Origin: Candidatus Nanobsidianus stetteri | Lineage (GTDB): Archaea > Nanobdellota > Nanobdellia > Nanobdellales > Nanobdellaceae | Reading direction: 5' to 3' | NCBI RefSeq assembly: GCF_003086415.1 | Contig: NZ_QEFP02000007.1 | Span: forward strand, 8,621-40,620 | Length of the DNA: 32,000 nucleotides | Shown here: positions 16,181 to 25,090 of the stretch, one piece after another | Layout: each line of letters starts with the position of its first letter | How positions within the stretch are numbered: the stretch's first letter is position 1 | The notes under the pieces: generated by a model | The model's database searches: none | Seen by the model: the letters and a program-made list of their open reading frames with translations, nothing else | What the model was told of the DNA's origin: nothing | Position numbers and translations under genes: made by a program

Positions 16181-16326
16181 GATATATAGATATTTGCAAT
16201 ATATACTAAAGCCGCGAAAACAATTATAAATATTATTATTTTATTTCTATTTAATCTTATTTTTGATTTCTCTTTTCCAAACTTATATAATCCAAGATAT
16301 GTAAATATTGGTAATTGGTCGGGCAT
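16168..16326 (-). CDS. Possible preprotein translocase Sec61-beta (archaeal SecG), 52 aa; absent from the supplied ORF track
   Basis: My own translation is MPDQLPIFTYLGLYKFGKEKSKIRLNRNKIIIFIIVFAALVYIANIYISCLI. It resembles the GL.RY....SKIR + C-terminal TM pattern I recall for archaeal Sec61-beta. It overlaps the next gene by 13 nt. Confidence 0.45.
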   Translation of the reverse strand: MPDQLPIFTYLGLYKFGKEKSKIRLNRNKIIIFIIVFAALVYIANIYISCLI

Positions 16327-16358
16327 AATTTATATAATTAGAAGAAATATATAAAAAA
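16327..16358. promoter_or_regulatory. 32-bp divergent promoter spacer with two TATA-like boxes
   Basis: On the + strand, TTTATATAA (16329-16337) is centred ~26 nt upstream of the first G of the GC-rich RNA. On the - strand, TTTTTTATATAT (complement of ~16347-16358) is centred ~26 nt upstream of the ATG at 16326. Confidence 0.45.
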
Positions 16359-16590
16359 GTGGCCGTAGGAAGGTCTGCTTACCGATAAGCCACCGAGGAA
16401 TCGGAGGGGGAAACCCCTGGCTACATAATAAGAAATCACGGACATATATCCGATGAAGATGAAGAGTTAATACCCGGAGGTAACTCTGGGTAAACTCGGA
16501 GAGGATATATGCACCTTGAGAAGTATGTCCTGGCGGTACAAGGCCTGTCCGCTTAGAAAAATATATACTAAAAGCAGCTTACGGCCACAC
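16359..16590 (+). ncRNA. rnpB: Structured GC-rich RNA, most likely a compact RNase P RNA
   Basis: The 5' GUGGCCGUAGG pairs with the 3' CUUACGGCCAC (11 bp, P1-like). CCGAGGAAUCGGAGG resembles the P4 5' strand (GAGGAAAGUCC). GGGUAAACUCGGAG resembles the GGUAAACUCC region. The 3' GUCCGCUUAGAAAAA...GCAGCUUACGGCC resembles ACAGAA..GGCUUA. There are GNRA-capped hairpins (GGGGG-AAA-CCCC, CCGGAG-GUAA-CUCUGG), and a TATA box lies at about -26. Confidence 0.55.
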
Positions 16591-18275
16591 TAATAACTTT
16601 TTCCTATATATACATAATATTTTGCATCTTCATTACAAAATATACATTTTTTATTTTTTGCATCTTCAGGTATAATATCAGTTCCCCTTACATCTAATGA
16701 ATATCTTTCTTTAATATTCTTTGCGCATTCTTCTCTCATACAGAATGGAACCTTAAATGCTAAATTTTTATTTAAATTATTTTCTAGATCTTTTAAATTA
16801 TCTACTTTTAATATTTTATTTTCAAAATATTTTCTTGACCTTTCTTTTAGATCTTTATCATATTCAATAATTAACCTCTCTAATTCATTTAATAAATTTT
16901 CCAATTTTACTTCGTAATCTTTTGCTTTACTATTATATTGCCTTACAGATATTGTAACTGTATTTTTTTCTAATTCTCTTTTACCAATAGATATTCTAAA
17001 TGGTACTCCTAATAATTCATATTGGTTAAATTTCCATCCAGGACTTTTTGTATCATCTTTATCAATTCTTACTCTATACTTTTCCTTTAATAAATTATAT
17101 ACATTCTCACAATATTCTAATATCTTGTTTTTTTCATCTTCAGAATAATATATTGGTATAATTATTATTTGAACTTTAGATATTTCAAAAGGTAATATTA
17201 AACCTTTATTATCCCCATGTATTGAAATTACTGCACTTAATGTTCTCATAGATATTCCAAAAGATGTTTGCCATGCAAATTTTTTATTAATTAATTTATT
17301 TTCATTAAATTTATTTTTAATTATATTATTTATTTTGTTTATTAAATCTTTATTATCTTCAGATATTTCTCCATTAAATTCTATATTTTCTTCATATGAT
17401 TTAATTAATTCTCTATTATTATTATATAATCTTATTTTTATTTTATTTTCAACAATTTCTATTTCATATCTATAATTATCTTCATTAAATGCCTCAAATT
17501 TATTTTTATCTATTTTTATAAATGGATGATCATCTTCAAAAATAATATTAAATGCTTTAGAAAAATTCCTTCCTAATAAATGTGTAGTTCCAATTTGTAA
17601 AAATCTTCCATCTGGTAATATAGTATCTGCAGCAAATGTATAATCTGCTCCGGCAAATTTATCCCAATCAGGTCTCCTTACCCATATATGTGGTAATGAT
17701 AAATGGTCCCAAAAAACTTTAGAATAAATTTCAATAGATTTTTTTATCATCCTTTCAGCATCATCTAAATCTTTATGTACGGTATGAGCCTCATTCCATA
17801 AAATCTCTCTTCCCCTGATTAATGGTTTTGTTGCTTTTGTTTCATATCTATATACTGTATTTGTCATATAAGTTAACAAAGGTAAGTCTCTATAAGATCT
17901 TATCCATAAAGAAAACATATAATACATTTCAGTTTCAGATGTTGGTCTTAATATATATCTTATATCTTTTTCTTCTTCTATTGGTTTTGATGGAGTAACA
18001 TAAAATACTTCAGATTCGAATCCTTTTATATGTTCACTTTCCCTTTTAAATATTTCATATGGAATTAATATTGGAAACCAATATGGTTCAAACCCATTTT
18101 TTTCTAATTCACCTTCTAAAATGTTCAATATTTTTCTAATTGCGAAATATCCATTTGGGTAATAAATAGGCATTCCTTTTATAGGATATCTATCATCAAT
18201 AATCTCGGAAACTCTTACTATATTGTTATACCATTCAGAGAAATTGGAATTCTTATCTAAATTACTTTCTCTCAT
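16590..18275 (-). CDS. proS: Prolyl-tRNA synthetase (archaeal/eukaryal type) with an internal insertion
   Basis: It contains FSEWYNNIV, RPTSETEMYYMF, YRYETKATKPLIRGREILWNEAHT, GDNKGLILP and a C-terminal Cys cluster ending in Tyr (CIFCNEDAKYYVYIGKSY). At 561 aa it is longer than the ~480 aa usual for this type. Confidence 0.93.
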   Translation of the reverse strand: MRESNLDKNSNFSEWYNNIVRVSEIIDDRYPIKGMPIYYPNGYFAIRKILNILEGELEKNGFEPYWFPILIPYEIFKRESEHIKGFESEVFYVTPSKPIEEEKDIRYILRPTSETEMYYMFSLWIRSYRDLPLLTYMTNTVYRYETKATKPLIRGREILWNEAHTVHKDLDDAERMIKKSIEIYSKVFWDHLSLPHIWVRRPDWDKFAGADYTFAADTILPDGRFLQIGTTHLLGRNFSKAFNIIFEDDHPFIKIDKNKFEAFNEDNYRYEIEIVENKIKIRLYNNNRELIKSYEENIEFNGEISEDNKDLINKINNIIKNKFNENKLINKKFAWQTSFGISMRTLSAVISIHGDNKGLILPFEISKVQIIIIPIYYSEDEKNKILEYCENVYNLLKEKYRVRIDKDDTKSPGWKFNQYELLGVPFRISIGKRELEKNTVTISVRQYNSKAKDYEVKLENLLNELERLIIEYDKDLKERSRKYFENKILKVDNLKDLENNLNKNLAFKVPFCMREECAKNIKERYSLDVRGTDIIPEDAKNKKCIFCNEDAKYYVYIGKSY

Positions 18276-18336
18276 AGTAGAAGAAATCTAGTGATACATT
18301 TTTAAACATTATATTATTTAATATTATGTATATGAC

Positions 18337-18359
18337 CTTCTCTACCTAAGGTAGAGAAG
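18337..18359 (+). promoter_or_regulatory. Perfect 10-bp hairpin (CTTCTCTACC-TAA-GGTAGAGAAG) in the 23S leader
   Basis: Read directly from the sequence. It lies between the A/T-rich promoter region (18296-18330) and the 23S processing stem. Confidence 0.6.
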
Positions 18360-18404
18360 CGAGCCTGATGATAAAGATGAGGGGGATGAGAGGGAATATA
18401 TAGT

Positions 18405-21325
18405 CTCAAGAACCCGCCCGGTGGATGCCTGGGCTCGGAAGCCGAAGAAGGGCGCGGTAAGCTGCGAAAAGCTGGAGGGAGGTGCATGCAACCGTTGATC
18501 TCCAGATCCCCGAATGGGATATCCTGCCGAAAGGCATCCCGTAAGGGAGGGGAACGCGGGGAAGGGAAACATCTTAGTACCCGCAGGAATAAAAAACAAT
18601 TTGTGATTTCCTGAGTAGGGGCGACCGAAAGGGAAGGAGCCTAAACCGAATCCTCTAAAGTAATTTAGAGGAGATGTGGGGTAAAGGAACGGGAGCTTCC
18701 CGTTATTATATTCTCAGAACTCCGGTGGAAGTCCGGGGCCGTAGAGGGTGACAGCCCCGTATGGGGATATAATAACGGGATTTCCCGTTTCCGGAGTACC
18801 GGCGGTTGGATTTCCGTCGGGAATTTGGGGGAAACTAGCCCCCAAGGCTAAATACTCTCCGAGTCCGATAGCGTATTAGTAGGGCGACCGAAAGGTGAAA
18901 AGAACCCTTGGTAGGGGGTGAAAAGAGCCTGAAACCGGGCGGGGATTGTCTGGTAGGGCTAGTTAAGCACCTTATCTGGGAAAATCTGGTGACAGATGAG
19001 TACCAGATAGGGTGCTAGCTAGTTCTACCGTGAGTTTTGAAGAACTTGCGGGGGAGTATACCCGAGTGGCGAGGTTAAGGTTTATACCGAAGCCATAGGG
19101 AAACCGAAAGCCCGCAACCTGGTTTCCAGGTGAGGGGCGCCGTCCCATAAGGGCGGTTTAGTCACTCGGGTATGACCGGAAACCGGGCGATCTACCCCGG
19201 GGCAGGGCGAAGCGGGGTTTCCCGTGGAGGCCCGAAGAGGTGGGGCGTATCTCTCTCATGACCTCGGGGTAGAGGTGAAAAGCCACTCGGGCCCGGTCAT
19301 AGCCGGTCCCCGCCGAAACTGACCCCAGCCAGGTCTCGGGTTAGGATCCCTATGGTGTAGAGAGACGGATTCTGTACGGGTTTCCGTACGGAGTCCAACT
19401 CCGAAGCCATAGGGTCCGTAACCCGGGAAACGGGGATTGCGGGAAAGCCGCAATTCCGAGACGGGAACAACCGAGACCGAGGTTAAGGCCCCAAAGTGCT
19501 GGCTGAACGATTTTGAAGGAGTCTGTCCCCTAAGACATCGGGGATGTGGGCCTAATAGTGGCTATCATCTAAGGAGTGTGTAACAACTCACCCGACGAGG
19601 GGATAGGCTCCGAAAACGGACGGGTCTAAGCCAGCCGCCGAGACCTCGGTCCGCTGGTACTGCCAGCGTGAGGTAGGCGGGCGTCCCGATGGCCTAGAAG
19701 GGTTCCTGAAAGGGAGCCTGGAGCCGTCGGGAATGAAGATCCCCGCGGTAGTAAGAATCAGACGGGTGAGAATCCCGTTGGCCGAAGGGGGAAAGGTTTC
19801 CCAGGCAATGAAGATCAGCCTGGGGTTAGTCGATCCTAATCCAGGCTCCGAGTGGAGTCTGGAGAAAGGGAAAGGGGTTAATATTCCCCTACCGCTCCGA
19901 TAGATGCGGTAACGCAACATCCTTTCCCGACCCGGAAGGCTAGGCATACACGGGGGTGGGGTAAAACTCACTTACCGTGCTAAGGGGGATAGGACCGGGG
20001 AGTGCCGTCATGGCGAGAACCGGTCTAAACCCTGATGGGCCCGAAAGGGTTATGCCGAGGCCTTCCGGCAATGAAAAGGGAAAGGATGCGATTCGGAGCG
20101 ATCGTACCGAAATCCAGCATAGGTCCCCTGGGTGAGCAGCCTAAGGCCGTGGGGGTCAAGCCGGTCCAGGGAACTTGGCAAATTGGTCCCGTAACTTCGG
20201 GAGAAGGGATGCCTGCGGTGCAGACCGCAGGTCGCAGTGACAAGGGCGGGCGGACTGTTTACCAAAAACATAGCTCCCAGCAAGCCCGAAAGGGTTTGTA
20301 CTGGGGGTGACGTCTGCTCAGCACCGGTATCTGAATCCCCCGTTCAAGGGGGGTAAGGACCGGTAAACGGCGGGGGTAACTCTGACCCTCTTAAGGTAGC
20401 GTAATGCCTTGCCAGTTAAATGCTGGCTCTGCGAACGACGTAACTAGCCCGCCACTGTCCCGGGCCGGCGCCCCCTGAAAAGCTATCCTGGTGAGAAGGC
20501 CAGGGACTTCCGATGGGTAAAAAAGACCCCGTGAAGCTTAACCGCAGCCTGTTGTTGCTCTGAAGAACCTGGTGTGTAGGGTAGCGGGGAGCAATGAATT
20601 CCTGCCGCTAGGTAGGAAGGATGCGACGATGAAACACCCGCCTCCAGGTTCTTCAGGGCTAACCCGAAAGGGGACAGCGGCAGGTGGGCGGTTTGGCTGG
20701 GGCGGCACCTTGCCGAAAAGATATCGGCAGGGTCCATAAGGTCAGCTCAGGCGGGTCAGGAATCCGCCGTAGAGGACAAGGCCAAAAGCTGGCCTGACTG
20801 TGCCCTGACCATCAAGGGGCACAGGGGGGAAACCCGGGCCTAGCGAACCCCGTACTCTCACTAGTGGGGGTACGGGCTGGCGGAAAAGCTACTCCGGGGG
20901 TAACAGCGCCGTCGCGGGCGAGAGCCCCCATTGACCCCGCGGTTTGCGACATCGATGTCGTCTCTCCCCATCCTGGTGGTGCAGAAGCCGCCAAGGGTGG
21001 GGGTGTCCACCCATTAAAGGGGATCGTGAGATGGGTTCAGAACGCCGCGAGGCAGTTCGGTTATAACTGTCGGAAGTGCTGGCTGCCTGAGGGGAAGGTC
21101 CGCCTAGTACGAAAGGAACGGCGGGCCGGGGCCTCTGGTCTACGGGCTGTCCGAGAAGGGCATGCCCGGTAGCTACGCCCTAGGGGATAAGCCCTGAAAG
21201 CATCTAAGGGCGAAGCCCTCCTCAAAAATAGGCAGCCGTTAAGGGGTCGGATAAAAGATCCGACTCAGAGCGGCGGTGTAAGCTCCGAAAAGGAGTTCAG
21301 CCGACCGCTTGAAGTTCCCGTGAGA
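18405..21325 (+). rRNA. rrl: 23S rRNA (ends +/- ~15 nt)
   Basis: The 5' region CCCGGUGGAUGCCUGGGCUCGGAAGCCGAAGAAGGGCGCGGUAAGCUGCGAAAAGC...GAAACAUCUUAGUACCCGCAGGAA is typical of 23S, and there are conserved blocks throughout. Flanking sequences 18381-18408 and 21321-21345 form a 19-bp + 4-bp processing stem. Confidence 0.95.
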
Positions 21326-21351
21326 CTATATATTCCCTCGACCCCAAAATT

Positions 21352-22845
21352 TTATTCAATATTATAATATCTCAAAATATTTTCTTTATTATAATAATAC
21401 ATTTGTATAATTTTACTGAATGTTTGAAAATCTGAAATATTTAATTCAGATAATCTCTCTAATAATTTTACTCTTCTAATGTATTCTTCATATAATTCTT
21501 TGTATCTTATTCCATAATCATTTTCAATTAATCTAAACAAATATTTTTTTGGATTTTCCAAATATTCTCTTTTAAAAGGATTCCATTTATATGCAATATT
21601 AAACCTATTATATTTTATAATTTCATTAATTTCTTTAATTCTCCTCAAATTTGTTCCAAGAAAGTTATCATGTTGCATTATTACTACAACATTTAATAAT
21701 TCAATTAATGATGGGGATAAATTTATTGGTGGTGTTGTTAACCTACTTATTAATGCTTTTGTACTTTCAGCATGCATTGTTGATAAAGAAGAATGACCAG
21801 AGGCCATTCCCTGGAACATTACATATGCTTCTTCTCCCCTTACTTCTCCAACAATTACATAATCTGGTCTTTGTCTAAAAGACATTCTTAATAATTCAAA
21901 CATATCAATTTCTCTATTTTTATCGGAAGAATATTTTACTACAGAAGGAATCCAGTTTGGATGATATAACTTTATTTCTCTTGTATCTTCAATTGAAACA
22001 ATTCTAGCGCTTGGTGGTATAAACATAGATATTGCATTTAGCATTGTTGTTTTTCCAGAAGCTGTACCTCCAATTATAATTATATTTTTTCTAAATTCTA
22101 CTGCCAACCACAAATATGCAAATATTTCGGGAGTTGCACTTCCCAATCTTATTAATTCTATTGGAGTCCATGGAATTTCCCTAAACTTTCTTATTGTAAA
22201 TGTTGGACCATGTGTAGTAATTTCTTGAGAGTATGTTGCATTTATTCTTGATCCATCTGGTAATGTTGCATCCAAAATTGGTTCTGCATATGATATATGT
22301 TTTCCAGCCCTTAAAGCAAATTTTTCAATTAAATCTCTAATTTCTTTATCATTTAAAATTATATTTGTCTTTAAATTTCCAAAATATCTATGAACAATAA
22401 ATATTGGATAACCTGGACCAGAACATTCAATATCTTCAATCAATGGATCTCTTAATAAAGAATCTACCTTATTATATCCATAAAGATCTCTAAAAATATA
22501 ATAAAATATTTTTTCATAAGAAGATTGTCCCAATTGTATTCCTAAATCATTTAATACAAAATCATATAATCTTTGTAAATAATTTATAGCATCATTTAAA
22601 TTTCCAATTTCAGATAATTTAATATATAATAATTTTTCAATATAAAAAATTATATTTTTATATATTTTTTCTTCATTTTCAGTTAATTTTGGCTCTATTA
22701 TTTCATAAACAAGATCATATGTACTTCTATCAAAATATATATGTGCATAAGAAAAGGGTTCTACTATTGGGTAGGTTATATTTGTTTCAAACTTATTTTT
22801 AGGTACATTTATTTTTATATCATTAATAAATTTAATGTTTATCAT
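21352..22845 (-). CDS. Type IV filament assembly ATPase (FlaI/ArlI / PilB / VirB11 superfamily)
   Basis: It has Walker A (GGTASGKTTMLNA), Asp box (IVSIEDTREI), Walker B (RQRPDYVIVGEVRGEEAYVMFQGMASGHSSLSTMHA) and a FlaI-like N-terminal domain (YPIVEPFSYAHIY). Confidence 0.88.
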   Translation of the reverse strand: MINIKFINDIKINVPKNKFETNITYPIVEPFSYAHIYFDRSTYDLVYEIIEPKLTENEEKIYKNIIFYIEKLLYIKLSEIGNLNDAINYLQRLYDFVLNDLGIQLGQSSYEKIFYYIFRDLYGYNKVDSLLRDPLIEDIECSGPGYPIFIVHRYFGNLKTNIILNDKEIRDLIEKFALRAGKHISYAEPILDATLPDGSRINATYSQEITTHGPTFTIRKFREIPWTPIELIRLGSATPEIFAYLWLAVEFRKNIIIIGGTASGKTTMLNAISMFIPPSARIVSIEDTREIKLYHPNWIPSVVKYSSDKNREIDMFELLRMSFRQRPDYVIVGEVRGEEAYVMFQGMASGHSSLSTMHAESTKALISRLTTPPINLSPSLIELLNVVVIMQHDNFLGTNLRRIKEINEIIKYNRFNIAYKWNPFKREYLENPKKYLFRLIENDYGIRYKELYEEYIRRVKLLERLSELNISDFQTFSKIIQMYYYNKENILRYYNIE

Positions 22846-22887
22846 GATAAAAGATTAATATACTCCAGAATATATAAACTATTCATA

Positions 22888-24267
22888 ATGATTAATAAAA
22901 ATGTTCTAATAAACCTGGAGAGGGATATAGAAGAAATAGAAAGATATATTAATAAATTAAAAAATATTTTAAAGGAAATAAAGAGGAAGGAAGAAATGAA
23001 GAAATATTTTCATAAATTATATTTGGATGGATATTTTGATGAAAAAGAATATAAAAGAAGGTTAACAATAATTGAAAAGAAAATAAAATATTTAGAAAAA
23101 TCTAAATACTTAATACTATACGATTTAATTAATTTAATAAATAATAGTCAAAAAATAATAGAATTTTTAAAGAATATAGAAGGAAAAAGTGAAGAAGAAA
23201 ATAAAAATATACAATATTATGAAATGAAAATAAATGATACAGTAAATTATATTAGTAAAATCTATCCAGAAATATTTAAGAAAGAGGAAATAAAGATTGG
23301 TAAGAAATTTATTGAAGCATCAAACATATTATTTAGAAAGAAGGAAGAAAAAAAGAAGAAAATAAAAGTTAAATTAAAATTAACTGAGGAACGTAAGATA
23401 AATTATTATCAAGAGATTAAAAATATATTAATAAGATTTTCATATAAAATATTTGGAGGAATATCTAGAAGAATTTTAAATAGTAGCCCAAAATTATATT
23501 TCTATTTAAAATACTCATTAAAAGAAGCATATTATAATATAGAACCTGATGAATTATTATCTATTATATTTTTATTTTCATCAATTATTATTCTTATCTC
23601 AATATTTATCTCATTATACCTTCTAAATATTTTCTATTTAATTTATGGTTTAATAGCATTTTTATCTGTATTAGGAGTACTTGTTCTATATTTCAATTAT
23701 AAAAAACAGAGTATAGTGGAAGATATAAATAGAAATTTACCATTTGCCATAATACATATGGCATCATTAGCAGATGCTGGGATAGAAATAAAATATATAA
23801 TAAAAATAATAGGTGAAACTGAGGAATATGGATATTTATCAAAAGAATTTAAAAAAATATATGATAGAATAAATTTGGGAGAGGGATTAGTAGAATCTCT
23901 AAGATCTGTTGCTGATGATACATTATCAAAAGATCTAAAAGATTTTTTAGAAGAATTAATATTAACAATTACATCTGGAAGAAAGATATCTGAATTTTTA
24001 ATATTATACTCTCAGCAAGAAATGATTAGATATAATTCATTTTTAAAGAAAGTTAATCAGGTAATGAAAACATTTTCGGATCTATATGTTGGAATGGTAT
24101 TAACAATTCCAATGATAATAATATCAGTCGGAGTAATGTTATTATCAATATTACAACAAACATATAATATAAATATTCAGGGAATATTGGAAATAATTAC
24201 ATATGTAGGGTTACCCGCAATTAATATAGGCTTTATAATATTATTTGATAAATTAACAAAAGAATGA
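22888..24267 (+). CDS. FlaJ/TadB-like membrane protein with a single T2SSF domain and a ~190-aa Lys/Glu-rich coiled-coil N-terminal region
   Basis: The T2SSF-like block is LPFAIIHMASLADAGIEIKYIIKIIG...LSKEFKKIYDRINLGEGLVESLRSVADDT...LKDFLEELILTITSGRKISEFL, flanked by TM helices. I prefer the ATG at 22888 because the track start at 22741 overlaps the divergent ATPase gene. Confidence 0.7.
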   Translation: MINKNVLINLERDIEEIERYINKLKNILKEIKRKEEMKKYFHKLYLDGYFDEKEYKRRLTIIEKKIKYLEKSKYLILYDLINLINNSQKIIEFLKNIEGKSEEENKNIQYYEMKINDTVNYISKIYPEIFKKEEIKIGKKFIEASNILFRKKEEKKKKIKVKLKLTEERKINYYQEIKNILIRFSYKIFGGISRRILNSSPKLYFYLKYSLKEAYYNIEPDELLSIIFLFSSIIILISIFISLYLLNIFYLIYGLIAFLSVLGVLVLYFNYKKQSIVEDINRNLPFAIIHMASLADAGIEIKYIIKIIGETEEYGYLSKEFKKIYDRINLGEGLVESLRSVADDTLSKDLKDFLEELILTITSGRKISEFLILYSQQEMIRYNSFLKKVNQVMKTFSDLYVGMVLTIPMIIISVGVMLLSILQQTYNINIQGILEIITYVGLPAINIGFIILFDKLTKE

Positions 24268-25088
24268 AGGAAGAAATAATTGATATAATAATTATTATAG
24301 TTCTTATATTTTTATTTTATTTTATATTTAATTTTGGTATTTTAAATTCAATTGTAACTGGGATAATAGTCGGCATATTTCCATATTTAATATATCAAAC
24401 AATTGTTAATAATATAGAAAAAGAAAAGGAGGAACAATTTATTAGATTTTCAATTGATTTGATTGGATTATTGAAATCAGGATTATCATTACCAATTGCA
24501 TTAAAACAATTGGAAAAAAATGATTATGGAAGAATTAATGAACTAGTAAAAAATCTATCTTCAAGAATTGATTGGGGTGTTAGTATTGAAGATTCATTTA
24601 CACAATTTGCAGAGGAAAGTAATAGTAGGATGATTAAGAGAACTATACAATCTTTAATAGATATATATAAAGAAGGAGGAAATCTTGAACAAGGATTGGA
24701 AGCAATTGTAAATAGTATAATGGAGATTAGAAAAATAAAAGAAGATAAAAAGGCAGCAATACATGAAAATATAATCCATTCTTATATTGTATTTGCATTT
24801 TTCTTAGGTATAGTATTTACATTCCAAATATTTTTATTACCATTCTTACAAATTTCATTACCTGGACAGGTTTCTAATGTTAACTTTAATTTTATTAATA
24901 ATTTAATGTATTATATGTCAATAATTCAGGCAGTTTTTGCCGGATTATCAATGGGAAAGATGTATGACGATTCTTATAAAGCTGGTGCAAAATATGTTGC
25001 AATATTTCTATTTATGGTTATAATATTATTTAATATTATAATTCCAATTGTTCCAAAAGGTATGTTTTTAATAAATATAAATATATAA
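24264..25088 (+). CDS. FlaJ/TadC-like membrane protein carrying the second T2SSF domain
   Basis: The block FSIDLIGLLKSGLSLPIALKQLEKNDYGRINELVKNLSSRIDWGVSIEDSFTQFAEES..MIKRTIQSLIDIYKEGGNLEQGLEAI is flanked by TM helices. It has an ATGA overlap with the upstream gene. Confidence 0.7.
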   Translation: MKEEIIDIIIIIVLIFLFYFIFNFGILNSIVTGIIVGIFPYLIYQTIVNNIEKEKEEQFIRFSIDLIGLLKSGLSLPIALKQLEKNDYGRINELVKNLSSRIDWGVSIEDSFTQFAEESNSRMIKRTIQSLIDIYKEGGNLEQGLEAIVNSIMEIRKIKEDKKAAIHENIIHSYIVFAFFLGIVFTFQIFLLPFLQISLPGQVSNVNFNFINNLMYYMSIIQAVFAGLSMGKMYDDSYKAGAKYVAIFLFMVIILFNIIIPIVPKGMFLININI

Positions 25089-25090
25089 AA

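Noticed and set aside
16359-16590. An alternative reading of the GC-rich RNA as SRP (7S) RNA.
   Set aside because: At ~230 nt it is short for archaeal SRP RNA. I could not find the helix 8 GGAAGCAGCC-type motif in an internal position or the Alu-domain loops. P1/P4-like and GGUAAACUC-like RNase P elements are present. This alternative is not fully excluded without a covariance-model search.
18342-21172. Eight ORFs of 60-127 aa in the supplied track lie on both strands inside the 23S region. Examples are 18342-18599, 19588-19971, 20035-20310 and 20864-21172.
   Set aside because: They lie entirely inside a sequence with unmistakable 23S rRNA conserved blocks. Their Pro/Gly/Arg/Ala-rich translations are the expected artefact of stop-poor GC-rich RNA genes and are unlike every real protein in the window.
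18405-21325. A possible intron or homing-endonuclease insertion in the 23S rRNA.
   Set aside because: The length (~2.9 kb) is normal for archaeal 23S. I saw no AT-rich or ORF-bearing interruption of the GC-rich sequence.
22741-22887. The 49-codon N-terminal extension of the FlaJ-like ORF, as given in the track with a start at 22741.
   Set aside because: The extension overlaps the 5' end of the divergent ATPase gene by 105 nt and translates to hydrophobic junk (MCIRKGFYYWVGYICF...). The ATG at 22888 leaves a normal 42-bp divergent promoter spacer.
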